Origin: Camelus dromedarius
Taxonomy: Eukaryota
Direction: 5' to 3'
Length of the DNA: 64,000 nucleotides
NCBI RefSeq assembly: GCF_036321535.1
Contig: NC_087445.1
Coordinates: 28,644,001 to 28,708,000, forward strand
Shown here: positions 23,611 through 37,752 of the stretch, piece by piece
Layout: each line of letters starts with the position of its first letter
Position numbering within the stretch: the stretch's first letter is position 1
Notes under the pieces: generated by a model
The model's input: the letters and a program-made list of their open reading frames with translations, nothing else
What the model was told of the DNA's origin: nothing
The model's database searches: none
Program-made: the position numbers and the translations under genes

Positions 23611-24489
23611 AGCTGAGTAAGACCTCACTATGTCCCAGCTACTTAAGAACCAGCGGTTCATTAAAATGATCAGAAAGGAATGATGAAGGTTCTCTCTACT
23701 CATCTTACACTGTTTCATCAGCTATACTACTTATCTGGAGATGTTTTGTCAACAGCCACAGTGGTCATCCTGAGACCCACAGGATGTACAGTTCCTAGAC
23801 GTTATATTTCCTGAAGTACTCTAAGGCTCTTTGAAATCTGCCATTTCTCTTCTTAAGGATATGATTCCCAAACCTTTTAAGATAGGATGTTTCACACCAA
23901 TAAGAATCAGATTGTAGCAAGGAATTTATACCATTGAAATAACACTGCCTCCCACACAACTTTCTTAAAATATTTACCCTTCAGTTCTTTGAGGACTTAG
24001 GGGTTTACAAGGACAGCTTATTATCATTCTGAGAAGATATAGTAGTAACATGTCTGGTACTTGCTTCTTACTTAAAAATGAAAATAGCAAGAACAAAGGT
24101 AGCTTGCATTATGCAGAGTGTGAATGTTCACCAACTCTGAATACTTTGTGTTCCATGCTGGTTCTTTAGACATTAAAGTCAGTGGACTGGGAGACTACAG
24201 ATAAGTTATGAATTAATAGTCAAGCATCTTCCATATTAGGTGCCAAAGTTTACCCTCTTATTCTTAGTAAAACTTGGCCTCACAAAAGATAATCATCACT
24301 TATGCAAGGCCCTTCTTGAGTTAAATGCCCTCAGTTGAGAACTGAGCTTGTATAATTTTCCAACACTTTGAGGGTATGATTCTCATAAGAAGTTCTCATC
24401 AGTGAAAGGAAGTAGACCATTTAGCCTTGGCCTTCTTTTCTAGCATTGTCTTCTTCTGTTTCTCCATGTTTTTTTTTCCTTTCATACCA

Positions 24490-24855
24490 GCCATGTAAAA
24501 TCATCCTCAGGTTCCCAAATGCACTGTATTTATGCCTGGGAAGTTGCTTTTATATTTATCTGTATTATCTTCCTTTATTGTCTCTGCCAAACTTCTGTCC
24601 ATCCTTCAAACCTCAAATCAAGTTTTACCACTCATCTTTGACTTTCTTTGGTAGAATGTATTTCCCTCTTCTCCTTAAGTCAATACTAATTATAATAACT
24701 CCTTTAACAGTTAACATGTTATATTATAATCACTTGTTACCATTAGACATTCAGTAAGCCAAGATCTTCAAGCATAGCGATGCCTATGTCTTTACCATTT
24801 ATCTGTGTCTACTGCTCAGTTACCAGGCAATGCAACTTTGTCATGTGAATAAAGT
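24490..24855 (+). mobile_element. L2 LINE 3' region
   Basis: tctgccaaacttctgtccatccttcaaacctcaaatcaag; aagatcttcaagcatagcgatgcctatgtc. Confidence 0.65.
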
Positions 24856-24929
24856 AAAGACTTTAGGAAATCTACATTATATAGCTGAGTTACATTAAAG
24901 AACTATGAATTCAAGAGTGAATATCTCTA

Positions 24930-25075
24930 GCACTTATGCCATTGGGGTTGACTCCAATCAAGATAAATAATGTGCAATCCTTGATATATCTACTCTACAG
25001 ATGAAAAGCTGGGCATTTCAAGAACTATTCAAATCCTTGCATGTGAATGACAGGCATTCACTCACCTAAGAGTCA
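24930..25075 (-). mobile_element. MIR fragment
   Basis: ctactctacagatgaaaagctggg resembles antisense MIR core. Confidence 0.4.
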
Positions 25076-26145
25076 ATTCCACTTTCTTAGAAGCAATATG
25101 CATCATTGTGTATTATCATTGACATAACAAGGGTTTTAAAATTCATTCATCTGAAGAGAGCAGGCTCTTATATGTGCCCAGGTCAGGTTTAGTGTTAGGG
25201 GGTTGTATTTTGGGGAGTACTTTGTATTTGAGTAGTTGTTTGAGAAATTGGATTTCAAGAAGAACCCAGAAAGAGGGTGTTGTTTCATCTATAAGAGTTT
25301 AGCATCAGTAAAAGTATATCTGGCTAAAGGTTCCTGTGTTCGGTACCTCTTAGTCTTAATTATCATAAGTTTTTTTAAATTTGAATTTCCATGTTAAAGT
25401 CACTGTATTTTGGTACCTTTTGATCCTATATCATCTCAAAGCTGTTTTGGGAAATTCATGGTACTATAAGGCTGAACTTTGATTAATTCTGTAAAATCAA
25501 TAACCAGCTATCCAAAAGTTTTCTCCTTTTCCCAGAAATTTGTTCGACTTAAGCCAAATTCAAACTTGAAGGAAGAAGATTGAACTTACGTTTATTACTG
25601 GCCAACTCGTTCTTTACACTGCAGTCTGTAGAATTAAGAATGTTTATATAGCAGACACAGAGTTCAGATTTAAAGCTTGATTTTTGGTCATATCCTATGT
25701 GTAAACTGAAATTCTGTGGTAGAAGTGAGGTTATTACAATTTGGTTTGCTCTCGAGGTTCATGGAGTGGCAACTTTGTCATTACTCTCAGACTTGGTGTT
25801 TTAGCCAAGTAAACTTATCCTTATGACTCTGATCTTTAGAATTTCTTAAAATAATCTCCAATTAAATCACTTAAAAATTCCACCCCCTCCCACATTCTTT
25901 CTCCTCTTACTCCCGTTTTCCATAAATTATTCTGTTTCATTTTGATTGCAATCAAGCAGTTATCTTTTGAAAATTAAAGCAGGCTTGCCAATAAACAACC
26001 ACCTTGGATCAGTGTATAGAAGACACTAAAGTCAAAATGAGACTAAATGAACTCTCCCAGCTAAAGAGTGACAGGGCTGTCTTCCTTTGAAGAAGTTTTG
26101 CCCATCCACAGAGCCTTAGTAAAATAGGGCTTTCAGTGTAATGGT

Positions 26146-26652
26146 TGTGGTAGGCCAAATAATGCCCTCCACCAAAGATACCTACCTAAGACTTCATCCT
26201 TGGATCTGTCAGTATGTTGCTTTGCAAGGAAAAGCAAAATTAAGGTTATAGATGGAGTTAATGTTACTAATCAACTGACCAGAAGATAAAGAGGTTATTC
26301 TAGATGAGCCAGATGAGTCTTATCAGGTCATAAGGTTTCTTAAGTGGTAGGCAGGAGTTAGTGGCAGACTGATGAAATTAGAGGAAGACTCACTTGGCCC
26401 TTGCTGACTTTGAAGCTAGCAGAGGACCACAAACCAAGAAATGCAGGCACTTTCTGGAAGCTGGAAAAAAACAAGAAAACAGTTTCTTCCCTTGACCCTG
26501 TAGAAAGGAATACAGCCCTTCTGACAACTTTGATTTAACCCAGTGAGACACATCAGACTTCCGGTGTCCAGGGCACAATATAATACATTTCTATTGTTTA
26601 AAGCCACTGAGTTTGTGGCAATTAATTACCACATCAGAAGGAAACTAATTAT
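26146..26652 (+). mobile_element. MLT1D-like solo LTR (ERVL-MaLR)
   Basis: Starts tgtggtaggccaaataatg; contains aaaattaaggttatagatggagttaatgttactaatcaactgacc and ctggaagctggaaaaaaacaagaaaacag; ends ttgtttaaagccactgagtttgtgg...ggaaactaattat. Confidence 0.9.
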
Positions 26653-28439
26653 GTACTTTAATTTTAATTACCCTACTGTGTAGCCTACAGCTTATTAAGT
26701 TCTGATGCAGATCTTTGGTAGTACTTCCTTATTTACCCTCCACATGCCTTTGTGACCCCGCCTCTTACACTGAAGAAGCAGTTCCTGAATTCTTTTGAGT
26801 CATTGATTTGCTTGAAAACATCACATAAGTAATGCCAATCATAGAGAACACAGAATCTTTGTTACGTTTGGATTGGGGTTGGGGGTAGAGGAAAAAAAAA
26901 AAAAAAGCCTAGGCTTTACATGTAGAAATAAAGTCTCTAGGAAGAGAAGGATATGAAAAAAATAGTGACAGATACCCATCAATGGAAAAGACTAAAGCAT
27001 GTAAAACTACTTGCAATCTACCCTCTGATAAGTCTGCTGCATTCCCATATTTCAGGATGTAGCACACAACCATGGGGGTGTTCTCCAGATAAAATCCCCT
27101 GGAAGGCATGATCAGCCTACTCCAGAATAAGGCCTTATTCTTAAAAGCCTACACTGCATTGCTCCTGCACATCTTTTATGTCATGTTAAGAACCCGATTT
27201 CTTTTTACTTGAGCTATTTTCTAGTGTAGGCTATGTCTGTTTCAGATACTTTGACCATCTGGTTTCTATGATCAGCCTCAATAAAATCAATTTGAGTTCA
27301 CTTTGACTGTACAATATCTATATACCCTTAAGTATGGCCATATTGGGTTTGCAAAAAATCAATGTTCATAACTCCAGTAATCTTTTGTTACCAACGACTG
27401 GTCATTAGTTGACCATGTGAAAGCAAGCACTTTCTGTTGTTTCCAGCATGATTGCTTTTCAGAAAATTTTTCAATTTGCATTTCCAAAATTGACAAATGC
27501 ATGTTTAAAATTTCAGCTAACCACCATGAGACTTTAACAATATTCATTGTAATTTGCAAAATGTTGTAACAGGTTGTGTGGGCACAGTTCAGGAATCAGA
27601 GGAATGTGTCAAGTTTCTCAGTCAAACGGAAGCACGACTTTATTGATTTCTAAGATGACAGACATGCCAAGGCATCCAAGTACCAGGATCCTGTCCAAGG
27701 CAGAGGATGTAACCCCTGCTGGGTACTCACCGTCATCTACAGAAATTGGATTGTATGCTGAACTCCCCATGTTCAAGTTTTCAAGTCACAAATAGCTTAT
27801 GGTGACAGTAAATTCCTACTCCAAGTACCATCTTATTTCGATATTGTTAATTCAGATAATTAATTAGGTTGGAGGATTTTCATATGCCATGTTTCTTCTT
27901 TTGTTTCTTGAGAACACATTCATAAAGAATCAGGAGACAAGTCAGAAAATAAATGCAATTGTGCTTTTTTTTTTGTATCCTAGAATTAAAGAAAACTCCA
28001 TCTAGAGCAGTTTACTGCTTTAAACATTACTGTACAAGATGTGGACTTTCAGTGTTTGTCAGTTAAAAGCTGGGCTTACACCAAGGCAGAAGACCATATA
28101 TTTATCTTCTTGAAAGCACTTGTTTGATTGGTGGGCTGGTTGGTTCATGTAGTATAGCTGTTCCTCCCAGTGTACCCAAAATGAATTTGTCAGTATAACT
28201 TTTTCTCAAAATATTACTTGGTAGCAGAAATTCTTTCTGAATAATGTTCATTTCCTACATGTGCATCACTCAGAATTTTCTCTACAGCTTTTGCATTGTT
28301 TATATTTTAGTGTATAGATACTCAGTAATAATGACTCCGCAATGTAAATTCTGACTCAGTGTGAATTCTTGAAACATGGCCCAAGGACTGCTTTAACAAT
28401 TACCGAAGAGATTCTTTTGAACAAGTCAGTTGCCTAAAG

Positions 28440-28550
28440 ACTCCTCTTAAAAATGATGGTTGTTATTATTTCTACTGTTTGATGAAGAAACTGAGGCAAA
28501 AGTCAGTCATTTCCTGTGGTCATAGGCCAAGTAGAATCTGGTTCCATGTG
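28440..28550 (-). mobile_element. MIR fragment
   Basis: gttattatttctactgtttgatgaagaaactgaggca. Confidence 0.6.
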
Positions 28551-30169
28551 TTATTTCCATTGGTTGATGTCACTTGCTCTGTGTGTGTGTGTGTTGTAGA
28601 AAGATAATGAAACACCGTTCCTCCTAGTTGTTTTCTGATACCCAGTTCTTTGAAATATAGTGTCTATTGAATGTAAGTTACCGTAACACTAGTTGTTGCA
28701 GACTGATATATGAATACACTTTTACCAAAGAATCATTATTTCCATGAAACACAACTTAAGTGCTATGAAAAATCTGTGATTAAAAAAAAAAAGTTTATTC
28801 CCAGCTCCACTGTTGTATCTTTTAGATGTCTTGTAATGTTGGAGACTAGGGCTTTCAAAACACATTTTGGTGACTGCAATTGCCATGAGTTTAATATGAC
28901 TGATACAAGGAAATGTCAGCTGGTACGATTTCCTTCAAAATACAAAGAGTACAGCTGGCTTCTTATTTTTGTCCATACTAAAGATACCATGGCTAGCCTT
29001 ATTTGTACGAGCCCACTGGATCATGCCTAATTGAGTTAATGAAGCTCTTCTGTAACAAGAACCCTCTAAAGGAAAATAAGAACAAAATGAAATTTCAGAA
29101 TGCAAATTAGCCTAGCTTTTCTGGCTTTCACTCTCATGGGAGGAAGACACAGTAAAAGAAAATCCTTAAATTAAAGCCAATTACACTTCATAGTCAAAGA
29201 TCAGGTTTACCTAAAATTGTCATGGGGGAGCTGCATGTGTTTTGGGAAGAAAGAGTCCAATCACTGGGAGATTGTTGGCACTTGACCCTGCCTGGGATGG
29301 AAAAAGCTATTACTTGCTCCTTAATCGTAGTGACTTGATTATTTTATTTGTCTGCCAACATCTTTGAGAATTTATGGTTTTCATCTAATCAATGGAACTA
29401 TGTATTGAAAAAAATTATTTCCCACAGTGGAGGTTTACATTTATGGATCTTTGTTTAAGTTTTGTCCCTTTCCACTAAGTGGTTTGTTATTCTTACAACA
29501 CATGTTTCACATTTCTTGGTTACTTGGCTGCAAAGACCACATACGGCTTTCCTGGGCCATTGAGGTCAAGGTATTTCAAAATTAACTATGTCTTTATCTT
29601 CCTTTTGGGAGATAAGAGAACTTTTGGTCTGTTAAATTTAATTTGATTTCTCCCCTTATTCAGTTTTCCAGTAAACTTTATATGATTACAAAACTTTAAG
29701 GAATATGATAATAGAGAATGGTTATTGTTACTAGTTTTACTCATACTATTTTTTAATTACCTATTTTCAGATTTCACAAGTGTGTTTAACTATAGCAGTG
29801 GCAAAAGCCAATATAAATTTATTCTCTCCCTGGAATATTAGAAAGAAGCCAGTGAGATTGGAAAAATCATGGTATTACTATATTTTTTAAGATTGTTTAG
29901 AGGTGAACAGAATGGCTAGAAACTTAAGAAATCAAAGCTATGAGCTAAACAATGATTTTAAAACATGTGTCAATCTGTAGCCAGGGCCTGTGCTGACATA
30001 CTATTTGTAAGTGGTTGAAAAACTGAAATAACCAAATAATATGGAAATATCAGACCTATGAGAAAAAAAATTATCCATATTGAAACCTGTAGTCTAAATC
30101 ATTGATTTTTGTCTTACTTATATTGAATTAATAAGTCATAGTTTATTAATCCATTTTAAGTTAATTAGC

Positions 30170-31500
30170 ATATAGGTAGTCTCTAATCATTTCCAGTTCT
30201 AAACAGTGCTGAAATTTTTATCTGTATTTGTGTCTCTATTTACGTAAGGGAGAAATTCTCCAGAGATTTGCGTGTTTGATTTGTGAAATTGAATAGCAAG
30301 AAATAAAAATTTAAAAATATTCTTCAACTTTACTAGGTACTGCCAAACTTGTCTCTAATGCTTATCTTGATTTATTTCTACCAAAAGTAAATAAGATTTG
30401 TCTTTTCTGCTTATTTTTGCCAAAATTTGTTTTTTTCAGAATTTAAAATTCTGGCAGTCTGATGAGGGTGAAATGATATCTCATTGTTAATTTTGTTTTC
30501 CTCATTCCTAGTGAAGCTGGACATCCTTCATATGCTTATTCTTATTTCGTTCTATCTTTTGTAAGTTGCTGGTTACTATACTTTTCCTGTTTTTCCTACT
30601 ACGTCATTTTTTTAAATTAATTTATGAAAGTTCCGTTACTGATTCTGGGTCTGCAAAATGCATTGCAAATATAATCTCTAGGTCTGAGACTAGCGTGTTA
30701 CCTTGTTACAGTGTTTGTTTTTTAACTAAACAAGAGTTTTTAGTGTAGTCAAATATATCAATTTTTTATGATTATTGCTTTTTCATCATGTCTGAGAAAT
30801 TCTTTTTTGCCTTTTTCTTTCATAAATATGTTCAACAAGATTGACTTTTTCACATTAATAACTGTTTCGAAAATGCCTTTCCTCTTTGGTGTAACGTGTG
30901 ATCTAATTTTGGTTTTCCACATGAATACATAGTTGGCCTAACTCTGTTTACTAGCTAGTATGTTCTTTCTCCTCTGATTTGAAATACTGTCTTGGTCCTA
31001 TAGCAGGTTCTATACTTCTGTGGGATACTTTTTCTTGTTTCTTTGACCATTTAAAAAATCCTTGTTGCTTTTGATAATTTACATCTCTAGAAGCTTAGTT
31101 TAATTTAACTTTTGAAGTTTATGGACATTTTTTTCTTTATCTTTTAATATTTAAAAATCTATAAATTATCTGTAGCCCTGTCCCCCGTTTTTTTTTCTTC
31201 CTGAGTTTTATTTGTGCCTATTCCCTTGATCATTTTTTCTGTTTCCTTTATTTCAGTCAGATTCACTAGAAGTTTACTTGTTTAATTACTGTGTTCAAAT
31301 GAGAATTTTGTTTTGATCTTTTCTAATGTCTGTTTGTTTCTGTATTTCACTGATGCATTTTGTTTCCTTTAGAATTCCTGAGTCTCTTTTTCTAGTTTAT
31401 TGATTTGAAAGATTAACATCTTTGTTTTGAATTGCATTTTTTTTCTCTTTTGCAATATACTTCTATGGCATCTATAGCATCTTCTTTCAAATCTTTTCAA
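30170..31500 (-). mobile_element. Old L1M ORF2-region remnant (highly decayed)
   Basis: ggtactgccaaacttgtctc; ctgatgagggtgaaatgatatctcattgttaattttg; gtagtcaaatatatcaatttt; further T-rich L1-like sequence to about 31500. Confidence 0.75.
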
Positions 31501-32699
31501 CTTGACTATCTGTATTCATCTTCCAGGTAGTAACTGTACTACAGCTGATTCTTAGGGCTATTCTCAGTAGCGACCAGTTATTGAGCTAAAATTTTTTCTT
31601 TTTTCTTTTTTTTTTTTTACAGAATGTATGCCGTGATAAATATGAGTGTATACAATACAACTTCTAATTTTCACAGTACCGAAAATTAGACTGAGCAATT
31701 CCCAACCACAAAACTGCTTTTCATTGTTTGATTACCAAACCTACTGGGGAATAGGGTGTCAGTGAATATATGACCAACCATGTTTGGCTTTCTGCTTCCA
31801 CAGAATCAGTGCAAAAACTGTTGTTTCTTCCTCCATTTCTAAACAAAATTTCTCATGTATCTATGCATGCTCTTTCAGCCATCTGACTATATAATATCAA
31901 TTCTGTTGTATTTACAAGTGGCTCCACAGTCAGTTAGCTATTTTCTTTAAATAGATAATTTTGTAAATCATAGCTAACAACTTAGGGCTGAGAATGGTGT
32001 CATAATGGACAACTCAAATTTAAAATTACTATTAATCTATCAAAGACAACCTTGAGTGTTGGTTCAAGTCATATGTGCTATGTTATCTTTACGTTGACAT
32101 GCTATTTTCATTTGCAAGAATAAGAAGTCCACTGGGTATTGAAAACTGCAGCATATATTTAAAACTAAAGAAAGAAAATATCTTGGGTCAATATTGCACA
32201 AGATAAACTTAATTGCTATCATCACCTGACGTTTTAGGTCTATTACGTCAGGTGATTGTGCTGCTGTGTTATAGGCTGTTTTCTTATTGCTTCAGTGTTT
32301 TAAACTGATGTATTATTTCAATTCTGTCTTCATATGTCAGTTACCTCAACTCCAATGTGTATTACCTTCTTTGCATATTATCTTCTTTTATTTTTCCAGA
32401 GGCAAGCCTGTGTTCTTTTCTCCTATCTGTTGTTGCTGATAGCATTCTTACCTTGAACATTTCAAAAAGTTCATATATTCCGTCTTAATAACTGACATTA
32501 TCAGAACACAGTTCTCATTAGCAGAAATATATTTCCCCCTTTACAGTGACTTTCTTGCTGCACTTTTGTGGAATGGCTTAAGAGCTCTGTAGCTCACTTA
32601 AACACTGATTAATGGTCATGACTACCACACAGGAATGAAATCTGATCATGTAACTGCCTTGTCTATACACCTCTGATGATTTACCAGTAGGATGAGAAG

Positions 32700-33000
32700 C
32701 TAAGTGTTTAGCCTCCAGGCTCTCACCCACCCCACCAACAGTTTTTCCGATCTTGAACACTGTCCATTCCCACTAAATATCCTGTATTTATCACAGTGTG
32801 TATGTTCACGTGGTATCCCTTCCACTTACTTTCCTGATCTTCCTTCTCACCATCTGGTAAATCTTCCCTGTCTATCCTACCTAACTCTTTGAAGCCCCTT
32901 TTCGAAACTGTTCCCAGTGCCTTTAGCAGACATGGTTAGTACCCCACTTTGATCTGATAATTCCTTTATAAGAGTACCATATATTCTACTAATGTATTTT
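32700..33000 (+). mobile_element. L2 fragment
   Basis: tgttcacgtggtatcccttccacttactttcc...ctggtaaatcttccctgtctatcc. Confidence 0.55.
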
Positions 33001-33314
33001 AGTCGGCAACTACATGTTTTCCTTTGTTCCTCTTTGAGTTCTTTGGATTTGAGTTCTTTATGGCAGGAACAGTGACTTTCTTCTCCTTTTCTTGCATATG
33101 ATATTTCTTAAAATTTATAGTAGCATAAAACCAATAAACTGCACTTCCACATTTACATTTAAAATTTTTAAATAGTGTGATCACTTTCAGAAGCTCTTGA
33201 GAAAGAGCTAAACTGTCCATTTTTAAAGTTAATTAACTCCTGAATGATGCTTGAGTGCTGTTGGGTTGAGTGAAACCATCTATGAACTGAATTTTGTCAA
33301 CCTCCAAGGACAGC

Positions 33315-33412
33315 TCTGAGAAATCTATTTCTGCAGTTCTAAGCAAGACTGGATTTCTAATAAGTTTCTGGTAATGTGGAGGTCTGCTCTGGGACCATCT
33401 TTTACAGCCACT
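33315..33412. mobile_element. MER5A-like hAT-Charlie fragment
   Basis: ttctaataagtttctggtaatgtggaggtctgctctgggaccatctttacagccact. Confidence 0.5.
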
Positions 33413-33429
33413 ACAGTTTAGTGTAAGAG

Positions 33430-34130
33430 AAATGACAAAGATGTATTCAAGGTGCTTCCAGAATAGACAGGACGTCCTGAATCTATTTCAGAAGTTAGGG
33501 AGGCTTTTAAAAGGAAGTAACACTTGAGCTAAGATACAAAGGCTCTCTTGGAGTTCTCTGAGCAGACAAGAATTAAAGGTATTGCAGGCCGAGAGAATGA
33601 CATATGCTAAAGCAAGGTGGTATATTCACAGAACTGAAAAGTAGCTCTTATTCTGGAAAGCAAGTCTTGCTGGGCAAAGTGGAAAAACACAAGCTGGAGA
33701 GATTGAGGTAACCTTTGAAGAAAAAAGATTTGAATCAGGAAAACCTTAGTAAAATATTTGCAGTTTTGAAAGCTGGTTCTCACTGCAGTGTGGAAGGAGA
33801 ATGCATGCGATGAGTTCAGTGCAAAAGTTAAAATGGACAATAAATAATGAGGGTTCAGACTACTCTAGTGACAGTGATGATGGAGAGATGGGGGGACTCA
33901 AAAGGTGGCATCAGTAGCAATTAGATATGGTCACTAAGGAGAAATAGTCACCAAATGTACTTTCTGGGTTGGCGTAATAGTTTGACGGAGTGGCATATAC
34001 AGAGATAGCACGGTGGGTCTGCAGAGATCTGTGGAGCTTTGATGGTGAGGAGTAATTTATTCTGAGTTTCTCTCTGTCTGTGAAACATGTAAATGGAGAC
34101 ACTCAGGAAAGAGACATGGATATGAAAATA
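33430..34130 (-). mobile_element. L2 LINE
   Basis: agttagggaggcttttaaaaggaagtaacacttgagctaagat; gctggttctcactgcagtgtggaagg; gtgacagtgatgatggagagatgg. Confidence 0.7.
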
Positions 34131-34749
34131 CGGATTATTTTGTTGCTGTATTAGCCTTGCTATAGATATTTATCCAACACAGAAATACCTATATATATAA
34201 CTAACTACATAGACACAGAAACAAACCACACATAACCCTAATTAAATTCTTAATTATTCTATTTTGACTTTATAATATTAGGAAATAGACAAAATATGAA
34301 TTTTTAGAAAACATCAAAAAGGACATAAAGTATAATACATAATTATTATAGTTTCAAATCATGACTGTAAAGCTACCGTCAGATATCAGAATGAGTCTAT
34401 CTTGGAAGCCTACTTGAAATGCATAGTTAGTCTAGTAAGTTGGAAGTGACACTATAACAAAACTAAATATCATGTGTTTATAGTCATTATAGATACGGAC
34501 ATTACTTCTTACAAACATGATAGAATCAGGAATTACTGCAGGTATTACATGCCGACAATTGGCTGAAAAGTGTGCACATTAATATTTAAGAGGAAATTAA
34601 AAAAGCCTTCAGTAATCTTCCAGCATTTCAGGATTTGGTGATAGAAAGATAGATAAATAGTTTGTGCAAACATTATTCTCCTCAAAGCTGCATGCATACT
34701 AAATACTATCCATTACAACATTTGGGGGTTTAAAGGCCATTGGGAATAT

Positions 34750-34915
34750 CTCATTTGTAAATATAAACTGACCCAAGTCATTTCTCTGCTAAAATCCTAC
34801 AGCACCTTTCCTGTTCAGCAGGACTATGCCCAGAGCTCAACCCCATGAGGAACCATCCCTCTCTGGTCTTTGCTTCCTGAGTACCTAGCATAGTGCTTAA
34901 AGTGTGTTAATATAA
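34750..34915 (+). mobile_element. L2 fragment
   Basis: aaactgacccaagtcatttctctgctaaaatcc; cctgagtacctagcatagtgctt. Confidence 0.5.
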
Positions 34916-34918
34916 TAT

Positions 34919-35049
34919 TACAGGATCCAGAGAACTGTAGATAGAGGGAAATCATGTATATAGAGGACTGAGTGTAAGTTTTACACATGGATTTTCAACT
35001 GTGTGGAGGGTCAGTGCCTCTAACCCCCATATTGTTCAAGAGTCTACTC
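34919..35049 (+). mobile_element. Tigger1a-type non-autonomous element, right end
   Basis: tgtaagttttacacatggattttcaactgtgtggagggtcagtgcctctaacccccatattgttcaagagtctactc, then TA; matches the Tigger1 3' TIR as recalled. Confidence 0.85.
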
Positions 35050-37752
35050 TATTTAGTACATGTAAGTTAATGTGCATCTTAGAATCACTTCATGTGTTGC
35101 AACCATTTTCTGTTTGTTTTTGCAACTTAAATGCATTGTGAAAACCTGGGCAGTGACTTCTTCCCTTTCTGGATTATTCCCTTGAGCAAAAGGTACCCTT
35201 ACTCCTTTTTATTCCATTTTCATGGAATTTTTGTGGACTTAAACTACTCCTTTGCTGCTCACGAAATAAACAGAGTACATCTTCACTGCAGCTACATTTT
35301 TAGAGGTATCAGGCCAATTTGAAATTATGTTCTAGTTAAGGCAGATAGGATGGGGAGGACAGAGTAGTAAGTGATGCTTACTAACCTGTAATTTATTTTA
35401 AAGAATTAAGACAGAGCAGCAGACAAAAAGAGTTCACTAGTATATATGAATGTGCATGTTAGGTGGTCCATATAGAACTATTTAATGGTGGATTTGCTAC
35501 ATTCCTATAACTGAACCACTGCTTTTTCTGTGGGAACTTGAGGCAAGGTGTGAGGGAGAGAGGGAAAAGGGTAGGAGTATGTCAAAACTTGAGTGTTGAT
35601 TCTGTGAACTAAATTTAATCAGGCCCTATTTGACATATACAAATATATAATCATATTCTCTCTGTCTCTCATGAGACATACGCAATCTGAGTTACCTTCA
35701 GGGAAAATCTAGCTCATTTTTGGTAAATGAGACCTCTTATTACATGGACTTTAAAAACTTTACCCTATTAAATTCAGAGTCAGATCTTCTACCTGATTGC
35801 AGTCTGGACTATGGAACAGGTGTTCTTCAAGTCTGATAACCATTGTTATATCTGATGTGTGATCTCATTGCATCACTTTAATAAAATACGTGACCAGATC
35901 ATCCCCATGACTTTATTGCCAGTGTTGGGTTAACTTGCTTTTACTTTTTATTATTTATATAATACTGATTTTCTAATTAATAAAAGTCCTTCCTCTCTTG
36001 GACATGCACATTCTTCTTTTTAAAATTTGTTTCTCAAGTGGCGAATACTTGTAAAAATTCAGCATCTCACTTCATTTTGTAAGTTTGGAGTTCGGCAGTG
36101 CCTCATTTAAATGAGATTGGCAATTAATTGAACAATTGAGTTTTAATAGCTCTGGGGGAAGATAGTGAAAATGGATATTCATTTCATGGAGTGGAGAAAA
36201 ATGGAAAGAATCCACAGGAAGCTGTGCCTTGAGCTCAAAAAGTAACAACAAAATATCTGGAAAGTTTAAGAAAAATAATCCTTCCCTGAGATATTAGCCT
36301 TCCTTTTCTATGTAAAACCAGCTAACACACTAAATGTTCCCTAGGTGCTTTCAAACTGCTGAGATTTTAATGCTTTAATGGATACTGTATTATTTAATGC
36401 CAGTTGATAGTATTTAATTCATTATTCATTATTGAAATAATTAAGGCAGTTTTTAGGCCTGGGAGTTATAAGGCCTCCAAAATATTGTCATCATGAATTA
36501 ATGTGTCCAGGTAAATCTGTTGGAGAAGGGAGTGCATTATTGTAACAGCTGTAATACTAGATAATGTCTAAATTAATTACCCTAAAGTGACATTTCTTAG
36601 GGAACATGATCTTCTTGATTGACAGTCCACCCAGAGAGCTTTCCTTATTGTAGCCTACTGTCAATTTTTAATGTTTTGATGAGGATGATTTTGGCATTTT
36701 TAAGAAGTAGCTACCATTTTCTTCCAGTCTTCTTATGAGATCAAATGAGAAAAGTTCATTCAGAAAGACTAAATGGTGAATGGTATAACTTGTCCTCGGC
36801 AGTGTGTGTAGATATTAATAGGTTTGCACAGGAGTTGAGATGGAACCTGAAGCATTTTGACAGAAAAGTTTCTGTTTTGAGGAGAACTGGAGGATCTCTG
36901 GAGCTTCCAAGTATCTCCCAAGATAAGGATGCATGATTAGTATTACCATACTTGTCGCAAAATAAAATTTAAAATATTCATTAGAGAGATTATTTTTGCT
37001 AAGTTTATGCACACTTGAATTCTAAAATTACTCTACTAGAATTGAAACATAAACAAAATGTAAATACTAGCTTCATTTGTATTTTAGTCATAATATTAAA
37101 CAGTAGTTACAAAATTTTTGCATAAGTGAAAAATGCAGAATAAATAGCAATGTTTCATAAATACTCATAATAACACTTTTGATAGTATACAAGATTTTTT
37201 AGGGGGAAAGAGGAGAATTATCATTTGTGTGTTAAAGGGGGAGAAAGTGAAACAAAGGAAGTTTTCATGAAGGTTAGAGATACAGTTAATAGTCAAGAAA
37301 GATGATTCTGTCTATTTTGAATTATGAAAAAATGCATTAAGTCTGGCCTTAAGCCAGTTTTAGTATTAATGGGATTTATCTGGCTGATGGCCATGGACCT
37401 AGAAGGAACTGACTCTTAAAGAGCCCCTGCAGCTCCATATGAGATGATTCAGGATCTCCCCAGTCTCCTAATACTTCAGAAATTAAACTTCTTCTTCATT
37501 CTGTTGAAATAGTCTGGTGTTTCTAGATAACTTCTAGACTACTTATCATTTATTTCTTGCCTAAGTAAGTAAAATGTGCATATTTATTTTTATTACACAT
37601 TTAAAGTAGCACTGGTGACTTAAAGTTGCCTAAGAATGAAAAAAAAATTATGCCTGACTCTCTATAGAGTTTTCAGAACTTAGGTAAATCTAATAATGAA
37701 AAATTCAAAGGTATTAACAACAGCAGCATCAAAACAAAATGAATAAGAAACC

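Noticed and set aside
27731-27830. Strong minus-strand donor GACG|gtgagt
   Set aside because: No matching acceptor nearby and an in-frame stop shortly upstream.
36102-36130. Palindromes ctcatttaaatgag and caattaattg
   Set aside because: AT-rich palindromes of this length are expected several times per window.
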